DNA of 39,932 nucleotides from assembly GCA_023150835.1 (NCBI GenBank), contig JAKLKB010000076.1, positions 1-39,932 of the forward strand. The letters run 5' to 3'. The notes beneath the pieces are model-generated. The model was given only the letters and a program-made list of their open reading frames with translations. It did not search any database and had not been told where the DNA came from. Shown here piece after piece: positions 1 through 8,772 of the stretch (positions within the stretch are counted from its first letter, which is position 1; the number at the start of each line of letters is the position of its first letter). Origin of the DNA: Myxococcota bacterium (GTDB lineage Bacteria > Myxococcota_C > UBA6777). Both the position numbers and the translations under genes were made by a program.

Positions 1-60
1 GTTGAACATCTTCTCAAATGAGGCGGTGAACTCTTGTGCTTCGGCGCTTTGTGTGAACAT
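1..60 (-). CDS. 5' end of an unidentified CDS running off the left edge (MFTQSAEAQEFTASFEKMFN...)
   Basis: ATG at 60 preceded by GGGAATAGAG; open to the edge; only 20 codons visible. Confidence 0.35.
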   Translation of the reverse strand, partial: MFTQSAEAQEFTASFEKMFN

Positions 61-137
61 CTCTATTCCCCTTTCGCGTTTTGAGGTGCGCCATTATGCC
101 ACAAGAATCTGCTTTTACTTCTTAACCTGATGCCAAT

Positions 138-195
138 GGGCAGCCACAGGGGCTGCCCCTACGTTTTACGATCACGCAGAGGGCGGATCTCGTAT
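138..195. repeat. Repeat family A (GTAG-REP-containing MITE), partial copy
   Basis: GGGCAGCCACAGGGGCTGCCCCTAC hairpin followed by TTTACGATCAC...GGGCGGATCTCGTAT, as in copies at 7524, 16651, 22866, 25754. Confidence 0.85.
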
Positions 196-216
196 CACAT
201 GTTGCGCCTTGGTCTT

Positions 217-304
217 GTGTGCGTGAAACCGCGATATCGTGTGCGTGAAACCCCGGTATCATGTGCGTGAAACCTCGATATCGTGTGCGTGAAACCTCGG
301 TATC
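217..304 (+). repeat. 4 x 22-bp tandem direct repeat (RTGTGCGTGAAACCNCGRTATC)
   Basis: Units at 217, 239, 261, 283 with no spacers. Confidence 0.95.
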
Positions 305-393
305 GCTTGCGTTCAACATGGCGCGCTTCTGTATTGTGAGAGCCGTGTCATCGTGGGTCAAGAAATGTCCACAAAAGCCCAAAAGGAGTCGTT

Positions 394-1179
394 ATGTTCG
401 GGATATTACGTCGTTGGCGACGAAGCCGTCTGCTCAAAGAGCCTTTTCCTGCCGAGTGGATCGCGATCCTGCAAGAAAAAGTGCCGTTTTATGTCTCGAT
501 GAAACCGAGCCTCACTCCCCGCTTCTTGGGGCAGTTGCAGATCTTTCTCGATGAAAAGCACTTTGAAGGCGCACAAGGCTTTGTGATCACCGATGAAGTG
601 CGCGTTGTGATCGCCGCGATCGCTGTCCGACTCACCACCTACCTTGATATCTCGATGTATGATCGCTTGACGGAGATCGTCGTTTATCAAGAAGATTACC
701 GCCACCCAAACCAAAAAAATGCACTCGATGGCCCCGAACAGCCCGGCATCGTGTACGGTGAAGCCCATCGCTTCGGAACAGTCGTGCTTTCGTGGAAAGC
801 CGTCATTCGAGGATTACGACACGAAGACGATGGACAAGACACCGCAACCCACGAGTTTGCCCACGTCTTGGATATCGCCGATGGCTCGTTTGATGGCACT
901 CCGATCTTGCCCTCCATGCGCGATTATCGGCCTTGGGCCGAAGTCATGAGCCAGCACTTTTTCGCCCTCCGCGATGGCAAACGCCCCGAACGCAAAGTCC
1001 TTGATGATTATGGCGCAAAAAACGAGGCCGAGTTCTTTGCCGTTGCTTCCGAAGTCTTTTTTGAAAAGCCCGAAAAACTTCAGAAACTTCTCCCTGATCT
1101 GTACGCTTGCCTCCGAAGCTTCTATCGTTGGGATCCCGCCCTACCCACCGAGCAACAACCCGATCCTCCTACTTCTTGA
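394..1179 (+). CDS. MtfA/M90-family zinc-dependent peptidase
   Basis: HEFAHVLD zincin motif, YGAKNEAEFFAVASEVFFEKP, VVLSW; AAAGGAG RBS. Confidence 0.88.
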   Translation: MFGILRRWRRSRLLKEPFPAEWIAILQEKVPFYVSMKPSLTPRFLGQLQIFLDEKHFEGAQGFVITDEVRVVIAAIAVRLTTYLDISMYDRLTEIVVYQEDYRHPNQKNALDGPEQPGIVYGEAHRFGTVVLSWKAVIRGLRHEDDGQDTATHEFAHVLDIADGSFDGTPILPSMRDYRPWAEVMSQHFFALRDGKRPERKVLDDYGAKNEAEFFAVASEVFFEKPEKLQKLLPDLYACLRSFYRWDPALPTEQQPDPPTS

Positions 1180-1208
1180 ACCCTTGTTTTTTTTCACAAA
1201 CAAATGCC

Positions 1209-1237
1209 TTGACAACACAGATATCGCAGCGTATGTT
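1209..1237 (+). promoter_or_regulatory. sigma70-type promoter for the lipoprotein gene
   Basis: TTGACA-17 nt-TATGTT. Confidence 0.55.
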
Positions 1238-1414
1238 CTCGCCGCCAAACCAACAAAGAACCCAATTCCTTTGTGTTTCCAAAGACAAAGGACCATTTTT
1301 TCTGAATCGCGATTCATTATGCAAAGCCGCTGTCCCGAAGGCGGTAAGATCTAGCCCGAACAGGCGTTGCTTGTGGGCGAACGGATAGAGAGAAGAAAGC
1401 TAGAGGGTGTGTGC

Positions 1415-2956
1415 ATGATTTCTTATTCAAAAAGCCGATGGATGCTTGTGTTGTTGTTGTCGTTGTGGGGGGTCGCGTGTTCGACCGAGATCACAACGCC
1501 CAAGACCGAACCGACAAAAGAGACCGCAAAGCCTGATCCTTTGAAGCAGCCCCCACCTTCGGTCGTCACCAGCGGCGAAGTGAAGATCCCCGAAGCCTCG
1601 GTTCAATCGCCTAATACGCCACCAGAATCCCCCTCGGCAGGCGAAGTCAAGTCTTCGTCGGCCCCGTTGGAAGCTTCCAAAGACCGCTCGGATCGGGCTT
1701 GTCAGATCGTGTTGCGTACGTTTCATCGTGTTGTCGAGCCGACAGGAACCCCGAAGCATCACTGCCAAGATGGCCTATGCTGGTGGGTTTTCCGCGCAAC
1801 GGTGGACGTCGCACAAGCCGCGCTGGATGGGCAATGGCAACCCCGTTTGTTGTATCGTTCGACCAACACACCCGATACATGGTACGAACTGGTCGGACAG
1901 CCCGAAACTGGCGCAGCAACGGGTTTTCAGCGTTATTCATTCACTCTCCAAAACAACACCATCCGCGACGGCATCAGCGCCACCGCCATCCAACGCTCCG
2001 AAGTCGGAGCCATCCCTTTTCTCAAGCATTACGCCGAAGGCCGCTTGTTTGATCACAACCGCCTCAACGACGATTTCGCCCATTATCAGGTCAATCTCGC
2101 CAACCAATGGGCGATCCAAGAACAGGCTTCCGTCTGTGGTCAGCGCCCCGAAGCCACGCTGGTCTTTGATGCAGGTTGGCAAAATACCCAACACGGCGCG
2201 ATCCTCGCAGGTGGCGATCTTGTGGTCGATTACAACCTCTATCGTCTGACCCAATGCCACGGCTCGACTTATATGGGCCAACCCACATGGAATACGCTGG
2301 CCTATGTCCGCTTTCTTCCAAGCAACCAAGTGGTCAATGCCCCGCTGTTCGACCGTGTCGACGCTAACGGTGCATTTGTCGCCAAAAAAGCCCGATTCAC
2401 CGTCCCCACAGGCACCAACGCTGTCGAGCTTTGGTTTATGACTTCGGGCCGCACTTGTAGTCCTGCATGGGACAGCAACTTCGGCAACAACTACCGCTTT
2501 TCCGTACGTTCGACTCCTCCCGCTGCGGTGAAATGGGCAGGAGATTGGGGCAACGGCTTGTGGCGTGGATGTTCCCATCGCCCCGGCCTTTCCGAACCCG
2601 TCAACGTCGATAGCTACATCCTTAGCCGCGCTTGTCACTTCATTTACGCCGATGTCTATGTCCCCGGTCTCACCGATGGTTCAGCGCTCAGCCCCCAAGA
2701 TATCCAAGCCCAAGTCCAATATCGTACCGACGATGGCGAACTTCGCACCGCATGGCTGAGTTTTGTCGAGCGCGTCGGCAACAACTATCGCTACGTCTGG
2801 ACTTTCCCTGCTGCCGAGATGATCCACGTCTATCCCAACTGGCAACGCTATTCCTTCGCCTTCCGTTTCTCCACCAACGGCCTCACATGGTTCCGCATCG
2901 CTCAATCCGACGGCCCCGACGGTGGCGCTTTCCGTACCATCATCCGTCAGTATTAG
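1415..2956 (+). CDS. Lipoprotein with DUF6209-like domain
   Basis: Signal peptide with lipobox (LWGVAC), Pro-rich linker, GGDLVVDYNLYRLTQC...VELWF...C..AWDSNFGNNYRF motif; ATG 1415 after GAGGG. Confidence 0.7.
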   Translation: MISYSKSRWMLVLLLSLWGVACSTEITTPKTEPTKETAKPDPLKQPPPSVVTSGEVKIPEASVQSPNTPPESPSAGEVKSSSAPLEASKDRSDRACQIVLRTFHRVVEPTGTPKHHCQDGLCWWVFRATVDVAQAALDGQWQPRLLYRSTNTPDTWYELVGQPETGAATGFQRYSFTLQNNTIRDGISATAIQRSEVGAIPFLKHYAEGRLFDHNRLNDDFAHYQVNLANQWAIQEQASVCGQRPEATLVFDAGWQNTQHGAILAGGDLVVDYNLYRLTQCHGSTYMGQPTWNTLAYVRFLPSNQVVNAPLFDRVDANGAFVAKKARFTVPTGTNAVELWFMTSGRTCSPAWDSNFGNNYRFSVRSTPPAAVKWAGDWGNGLWRGCSHRPGLSEPVNVDSYILSRACHFIYADVYVPGLTDGSALSPQDIQAQVQYRTDDGELRTAWLSFVERVGNNYRYVWTFPAAEMIHVYPNWQRYSFAFRFSTNGLTWFRIAQSDGPDGGAFRTIIRQY

Positions 2957-3015
2957 TCTCCTTCGATGTGGGGGATTTTGTGGGGGATTTTGGATGGGGG
3001 ATTGAGTTTGTTTGA

Positions 3016-3135
3016 TGGGGCGCTGCCCCATGCCCCGCAAGGGACTGTCGCCCCTTGACCCCGTGTTGGCGAAGAGATCACAGGTTTTTCAAACAAACGA
3101 CGCTCTCGCTTGAGGTGCCGCGAACACGGCTTTTT
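3016..3135 (+). repeat. Repeat family B (double-hairpin REP-like element), long copy
   Basis: TGGGG..CCCCA / CAAGGG..CCCTTGACCCCGTG..GGCG core plus tail ending CGAACACGGCTTTTT, closely matching 22993-23118. Confidence 0.85.
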
Positions 3136-3340
3136 CTTGAATGCCCTTCTCGAAAACAGAGTCCACTTGCACCCATCGTGTGCTCGTAAAACCCAGGGCA
3201 GCCACAGCGGGCTGCCCAAGAATAGGGCAGTTCCAGCGGATCGAATCGCCATCGCTCTTCAACGAAAGCTAGACAACGCCGCAGATCGTGTGCGATAGAC
3301 ACAGAACGCTTCAACTACTTTGCTTGCAAGGAGTGTTCTG

Positions 3341-6300
3341 ATGGCCAAGAAAAAGTCGCAGCCCAAGCAGCCACCCAAGGAAAAGCAGCCACAGCCGCCA
3401 CCCGTGCATGGTGGAGATGCTCACCAAACGACGTTTTCGGATGCAACACGCCCACGTCGCCAACGCCGTGGAGATGCTCACCAAACGACGTTTTCGGATG
3501 CAACACGCCCACGTCGCCAACGCCGTGGAGATGCCCACCAAACGACGTTTTCGGATGCAAAGCCGCTTTCTTCCGTACACGGCGGAGATGTCCTGTCGAC
3601 GGGCCTTGCTGATGATCCATTGCGCTTGTCGGTTCATGGTGGGGATGCTTTGCTGACGGGGGGATCTTCTGCGGGGCGTACCTACCAAGCGCCTGCGGAG
3701 GTGTTGTTTGGCCGATACGAGTTGCTTGATAAGCTCGGTCATGGGGGGATGGCCGAAGTGTGGCGCGTACATGATCGCCATACCAAGCGATCCGTGGCGT
3801 TAAAGCGGATCAGCGGGCATCTGCAAGCCAATGAAGAAGCGCAGCGCCGCTTTTTCCGAGAGATCCAGTTGTTGCAGGATCTCAAACACCCGCACATTAT
3901 CGCGATCTACGAAGCTTCTCCCGAAGGATTCTTTTTCACGATGGAGTTATTGGCAGGGCGGGATCTGCGACAATATCTCTTAGAGCGTAAGCGATTGCCG
4001 CTGCATCTGGCCTTGGATATCTTTGGACAAGTGGGGCGAGCCTTGCTTGCAGCCCATCAATCGGGGATCGTACACCGTGATCTCAAACCTGAAAATATCT
4101 TCTTGCTCGACAATCCGCCGTTATTTGTCAAGCTGCTCGACTTCGGGATCGCCGTAGCACTCGAAGGGACGCGCATGACCATGACCCAACAGATGCAGTT
4201 GGGGACGGCGTATTACATGGCTCCTGAGCAGCTACACGGCGATACCCATGCCATCGGCCCCGCAGCCGATGTGTATAGCTGCGGTGTGCTGTTGTACGAG
4301 ATCGTCACGGGACGCATCCCACAGATCGGCGCACCGTCGATCTCCAAGCATCTCGGAAAGCTCGAAGAAAAGGGGCTTCTTGGGCGAGAAGAGATCCCCT
4401 CCGAACTGCGCGACGCTTTTTTTTCGCACCTTGCAGAGATCGAAAAGGCGTACCAACGGGCGCTTCCCAGTGAACCCGAAGACCGTTGCTCTTTGCAGGA
4501 ACTCACTTCTTCGGTGGATGCGCGCCTTCTGATGTGGATGCGCCAACGCGAACAAGCCGCAGCGCAGCGCATCTCTGCGATCAAGCAATCGATCGAAAAA
4601 GGCCAAGAGCAGCAAGTTTTCGCGTCGCTTCTACCTGAACTCGTGGCGGTGTTTTCAGAACAAAAGGTGGTGAGGAAGTTTGCAGAGTCTCTCGTGGAGG
4701 CCCGAAAAGAGCGCGATATCTTGGTGGCCTCTCTAAGTGCGAAAGAGGCTGAAGGGGCACCCTTTTGGGAAGGACGGGCCGCGAAGTGGCAGTCCGCGCT
4801 GCAACGCTCGTCGTACGGGGGGCTGTATCGGCATCATGCGTTTGCGGCGACGCTGCTGGAGAAACGGCGTCGTTTCGATGCAGCCAAGCACGAAAGTCAT
4901 GCGCTGGCTGAAACCAAAGGCCCGATCATAGCGAGCGTAGCATGGGCGAAGACAGCCCATCACTTCCAAGCCGCGCAAGCATGGAAGGCTGTATTGGCAG
5001 AAGAAAGCACGCGTCAGCAACGTTGCGAAGAAGCCACCGAAGCGTTGTTGCAGACCTTGAAGGAGCCTTGGCCCTTGGAGGCGTTGCAAAAAAATCTTGC
5101 GATGTGGGATGAAGCCGCGAAAGAGAGCGCCGTCGCACGGTATTTTAAGGAAGCGCAAAATCAAGCTTTCATAGAAGCTGTCGAAGAAGATCGACAATTG
5201 CGAAAACTTCAAAAAAAGAGAATCCTTCATCAAAAAATGCTCGAAAATTTGCAAACATTCGAGGTCTCTCCTGAAAAAGCAATCGATGAGTGGGCCGTTT
5301 TTTCTCAAAAAAATTTTCTTTTTGATGAAGAGAAAATCTTCGTTGAAGCGCACGAAACAAATTTACGGGTACTTCGCAAATCGCAACCAACTTCTATTTT
5401 TTCGAATCCGTTGGTTTTTATTCGGAGCTTTCAGGATACCTTGCGCTTTATGAGTGGGCAGCAAGAGCAAAAGCCTTTGCTCTTTAATCCTGTTGTCCTC
5501 TTGCTTTGGCTTGTTTTGGTGGGTGTACCGATTGGAGCCATGGTTCTTCCTATGGCCGACTACGCTTTAAGTCCTGCGCCTTTTTGGCTTGCTTTCTGGG
5601 TGGCTGCTTTCTTTTTGCTGCTGTTTGCTTTGTTTTTTCCGTTTTCATGGGGGGGAACATTTGGCCGACAAATCAAGTTTTTGCGAGAAGCTTATCGAAA
5701 AATCGTTCAAGATCCTGCTATCGCGATGCCGATATTTGAAAAGGGTTCTTTCATTTCGATCGAGAAATCTTCACGGCAGAAGGATTTTGAAACACTTTCT
5801 CGTGCAGGTAATCTTGCGAAGAAGGGAAACACCTCCTCAAACACCGAGATGACGACACAGCCAGTTCAAAAAGAGGTGAAAAAGACTTCTCTCACAACGA
5901 ACAACGCAACCGTGCAAAACTCAAAGAAGGCAGAGCATCAGAGCGTACCAAAACCACAGATCGCGCATCAAGCTGGATTTCTAAAGGTGTTTCACGTCGG
6001 TGGGGTAGATTTTCCGATGCGCTGGGTCCCTGCTGGATCGTTTTCGATGGGAGCACCAAAAGACGACGGTGAGGCGTTTGAAAATGAAAAACCTCATCGC
6101 CATGTCACGATTACGCAAGGATATTGGATGATGGAAACACCCGTCACGCAAAGGCAATACCTCGCAGTGATGGGCAAGAATCCATCGCGTTTCAAAAAGG
6201 CAGGGTTGGAAGCGCCTGTCGAGAACGTGAGTTGGGTCGATGCAGCGGTGTTTGCAAACAAACTGTCAGAGTTGGAGGGGCTATCGCCTTGTTTTGCAGG

Positions 6301-6745
6301 AAGCGGCGAACAGATGGACGGTGTAGGGAACAAGGGAAGCGATTACGTCGGGTGTAAGGGCTGGCGGTTGCCGACGGAAGCGGAGTGGGAATACGCTTGT
6401 CGTGCGGGTACGACGACACCGCGTTACGGGAAGTTGCGCCAGAGCGCATGGTACGAAAAGAACAGCGGCAAGACAACGCATACTGTGGGACAGAAGCAAG
6501 CCAACGCGTGGGGGCTACACGATACGCTGGGCAATGTCTGGGAGTGGTGCTATGACTGGTATGGTGACTATCCGGCACAAGCTGCAACGGATCCGATCGG
6601 AGCAGCTACAGGCAGCTCGCGCGTCGGTCGGGGTGGCGGTTGGGACAGCCACGCCAACTACGTGCGGGCGGCGCTGCGTAGCAACGGCGCGCCGACGTAC
6701 CGCTACGACGGCCTCGGTTTCCGTGTTGTCAGGTCGAGCCCCTAA
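3341..6745 (+). CDS. Ser/Thr protein kinase - helical linker - 2 TM - C-terminal FGE-sulfatase (SUMF1/CLec-fold) domain protein; probable DGR target
   Basis: LGHGGMAEV, VALK, HRDLKPEN, DFG, GTAYYMAPE; two hydrophobic segments at ~5485-5655; FSMG, RLPTEAEWEYACRAG, NAWGLHDTLGNVWEWC, RGGGW, GFR; AAGGAG RBS before ATG 3341. Confidence 0.92.
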   Translation: MAKKKSQPKQPPKEKQPQPPPVHGGDAHQTTFSDATRPRRQRRGDAHQTTFSDATRPRRQRRGDAHQTTFSDAKPLSSVHGGDVLSTGLADDPLRLSVHGGDALLTGGSSAGRTYQAPAEVLFGRYELLDKLGHGGMAEVWRVHDRHTKRSVALKRISGHLQANEEAQRRFFREIQLLQDLKHPHIIAIYEASPEGFFFTMELLAGRDLRQYLLERKRLPLHLALDIFGQVGRALLAAHQSGIVHRDLKPENIFLLDNPPLFVKLLDFGIAVALEGTRMTMTQQMQLGTAYYMAPEQLHGDTHAIGPAADVYSCGVLLYEIVTGRIPQIGAPSISKHLGKLEEKGLLGREEIPSELRDAFFSHLAEIEKAYQRALPSEPEDRCSLQELTSSVDARLLMWMRQREQAAAQRISAIKQSIEKGQEQQVFASLLPELVAVFSEQKVVRKFAESLVEARKERDILVASLSAKEAEGAPFWEGRAAKWQSALQRSSYGGLYRHHAFAATLLEKRRRFDAAKHESHALAETKGPIIASVAWAKTAHHFQAAQAWKAVLAEESTRQQRCEEATEALLQTLKEPWPLEALQKNLAMWDEAAKESAVARYFKEAQNQAFIEAVEEDRQLRKLQKKRILHQKMLENLQTFEVSPEKAIDEWAVFSQKNFLFDEEKIFVEAHETNLRVLRKSQPTSIFSNPLVFIRSFQDTLRFMSGQQEQKPLLFNPVVLLLWLVLVGVPIGAMVLPMADYALSPAPFWLAFWVAAFFLLLFALFFPFSWGGTFGRQIKFLREAYRKIVQDPAIAMPIFEKGSFISIEKSSRQKDFETLSRAGNLAKKGNTSSNTEMTTQPVQKEVKKTSLTTNNATVQNSKKAEHQSVPKPQIAHQAGFLKVFHVGGVDFPMRWVPAGSFSMGAPKDDGEAFENEKPHRHVTITQGYWMMETPVTQRQYLAVMGKNPSRFKKAGLEAPVENVSWVDAAVFANKLSELEGLSPCFAGSGEQMDGVGNKGSDYVGCKGWRLPTEAEWEYACRAGTTTPRYGKLRQSAWYEKNSGKTTHTVGQKQANAWGLHDTLGNVWEWCYDWYGDYPAQAATDPIGAATGSSRVGRGGGWDSHANYVRAALRSNGAPTYRYDGLGFRVVRSSP
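3411..3560 (+). repeat. In-frame 57-bp tandem repeat (~2.6 copies) encoding GDAHQTTFSDATRPRRQRR
   Basis: Units start at 3411, 3468, 3525. Confidence 0.95.
6611..6745 (+). other. Putative DGR variable region (VR)
   Basis: Scaffold codons almost adenine-free; 12 NNC codons at the positions where CLec DGR templates carry AAC. Confidence 0.7.
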
Positions 6746-6792
6746 TTACGGTTTGCCGTTTTACCGTTTTACCGTTTTACCGTTTGCGGTCC
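6746..6792 (+). repeat. 8-bp tandem repeat (TTTACCGT-like, ~5 units) directly after the putative VR
   Basis: TTACGGTTTGCCGTTTTACCGTTTTACCGTTTTACCGTTTGCGG. Confidence 0.85.
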
Positions 6793-6993
6793 GCACTATC
6801 GGGTAGAAAAGAGGGTGGTCGTTTGGTGAACGGATCGCTCGTCCTTCGGCAGTGTAGTGGTGTGTGCAGTATAGAGCGTAGCGGGTTCTGATGGGCGTGG
6901 CGCTTCAGGACGCAAGGCAGCGAGCTCCGCCGCGCCGCGTCGTGAAGTGTCGCGCTTGGCTCGAAGCGAGGCGCAAGTTTCGGCGCACAGCGT

Positions 6994-7524
6994 GTGGCAT
7001 GGAAAACCAAGCGGCGGGTTCGTGCTTGGGATGAGACGCATGGGTTGGTGTTTTGTGAACACTTGAACTTGTACTTGTTTGAATTGCCGAAGTTTTCGCT
7101 GGATGGTTTGCCGCAGACTCCGAACAAGCGGGAACAATGGCTGCATTTCTTAAAGGAGGGTCATGTTATGCGACCAGAGATCGCTGAAGCATGGAAGACA
7201 CCAGAGATCGAAGAAGCGATCAAGGAGCTTCAAAAGCTGTCGAAAGATCGGTCTTGGCGTGAAGCCTATAACGATCGAGAAAAAGCCTTGCGCGATTATA
7301 TCTCGATCATGCACGAGCGTTTCGAGGAAGGTCTTGAAAAAGGTATCGAGAAAGGTATCGAGAAAGGTATCGAGAAAGGGTTGAGATTGTCTGCACAGCG
7401 TTTGTTGGAGAGCGGGATGGAAGCGGAGCGCGTGGTATTGGGGATGTCGCTGGACGTGGTGGCGGAGATCGAGGCCCACCGAATGCCTCTTCATACGGAT
7501 GTTGCAGAGAAATCGAAGACGTAA
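6994..7524 (+). pseudogene. C-terminal part of an Rpn/PD-(D/E)XK_2 family nuclease; N-terminal catalytic region absent
   Basis: LYLFELPKF, EQWLHFLK, AYNDREKALRD, EEGLEKGIEKGIEKGIEKG (12-bp repeats), terminal HTH-like segment; no D...(D/E)xK region upstream. Confidence 0.75.
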
Positions 7525-7636
7525 TACGAGATCCGCCCGTTGCGTGCGTAAAGATGTAGGGGCAGCCCCCCGTGGCTGCCCTATTACAGGGCGTCTACGC
7601 ACGACCCTTCGTGTACACTTCACTCGGATATCGTAC
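7524..7636. mobile_element. Repeat family A full copy: ~112-bp MITE-like element with 12-bp terminal inverted repeats
   Basis: ATACGAGATCCG ... CGGATATCGTAC; internal GTAGGGGCAGCCCCCCGTGGCTGCCC hairpin. Confidence 0.75.
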
Positions 7637-7686
7637 AAGCGGCCTTTTGGGAGGCGATTGGGAGCGCGAAGGGAAGGGGCATTCAC

Positions 7687-7810
7687 AAAAAAGCCCGTGT
7701 TCGCACCCCTTCAAGCGGTGCAGTCGTTGATTTGAAAAGCGTCTGTGTACCCCGCCAACACGGGGTCAAGGGGCGACAGTCTATGGCGGGGTGTGGTACC
7801 TCGCCCCACA
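7687..7810 (-). repeat. Repeat family B long copy (inverted)
   Basis: AAAAAAGCCCGTGTTCGC...CGCCAACACGGGGTCAAGGGGC...GCCCCACA. Confidence 0.8.
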
Positions 7811-7858
7811 AAAGCAAAGGAACAGACAACACCCCACAAAAGAAAGACTGAAAACGAA

Positions 7859-8713
7859 TCAGGATTCTTCGAGGGAATCAATGGGATCGAGAGGAACGAG
7901 AGGGGCGCTGGAATCGACGGAAGTATCGGGATTGACGGAAGGATGGGGAACGACGGCGGGATCTTCGTTGGCGAGAAGGGCGTGGAGATCGGCGGGGCGG
8001 AGTGCATCGACCCATGCGGGATCGGAAGCAAAGAGCGTTGCGGGCCAATCGTCGGGGGTGATGCTCATTTTTGCGATGGGTTCGAGCATATCGAGTGGGA
8101 CAGGAGCGAAGAGATCGATGATCTCTTGGGTGACGGGGTGTGGAAACCGCAGACGGAAGGCATGAAGGGCCATGCGCTTGAGGTCGAAGGTGTCGTGATG
8201 GAGGTGGTTTTGTTTGTTGTCGCCGCGCTTGCGGTCGCCGATGATGGGATGGTTGATCCCGCCGAGGTGACGGCGCAATTGGTGAAGGCGTCCTGTGAAG
8301 GGGACGGCTTCGACGATGCTGCGGTGCGGGCCGCGTGCAAGACGGCGGTAGGCTGTAAAAGAAGGGACACGGGGGCCGTTTTCATCGCGGGTGAGGGGGC
8401 GGTCGATCAGTCCTTGTTCGGGGGCGACACCACGGACGAGGGCGACGTAATGTTTTTGAAGCTGGCGTTGCATAAAAAGCTGATTGAGAAGTTGCGCAGC
8501 TTCTTTGTGTCGGGCGACAAGCAAGATGCCGCTGGTGGCGCGGTCGAGACGATGGGCGAGATAGACGGTTTGCTTGAGGCGCTTGCGTAGGAGATCGGTG
8601 AGTGTCACGCGATCACGCCCGATGCCTCGGTGTACAAGGAGTCCTGAGGGTTTGTACACGGCGATCAAGTCGTCGTCTTCGTAAAGAATGGCGATATCTT
8701 CTTGTGGAAACAT
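7859..8713 (-). CDS. RluA-family pseudouridine synthase (TruC-like, no S4 domain)
   Basis: YKPSGLLVH, HRLDRATSG catalytic motif, TGRLHQLRRH, HPIIGD, LHA. Confidence 0.92.
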   Translation of the reverse strand: MFPQEDIAILYEDDDLIAVYKPSGLLVHRGIGRDRVTLTDLLRKRLKQTVYLAHRLDRATSGILLVARHKEAAQLLNQLFMQRQLQKHYVALVRGVAPEQGLIDRPLTRDENGPRVPSFTAYRRLARGPHRSIVEAVPFTGRLHQLRRHLGGINHPIIGDRKRGDNKQNHLHHDTFDLKRMALHAFRLRFPHPVTQEIIDLFAPVPLDMLEPIAKMSITPDDWPATLFASDPAWVDALRPADLHALLANEDPAVVPHPSVNPDTSVDSSAPLVPLDPIDSLEES

Positions 8714-8772
8714 GGGGCCTTTCTGAGGCTACACGAGCGTCTTGGGTGGATGGTTGAATAGCTGTGCTTGTT

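Noticed and set aside
217-304. 22-bp (and 39-bp at 21848) repeats as CRISPR
   Set aside because: Head-to-tail units with no unique spacers
3411-3560. 57-bp repeats as a CRISPR array
   Set aside because: The intervening sequences are identical, the repeat is in frame within a CDS, and there are no cas genes
6746-7524. A complete DGR cassette (TR, Avd, RT) next to the target
   Set aside because: No AAC-rich copy of the VR and no RT motif ORF found in the window
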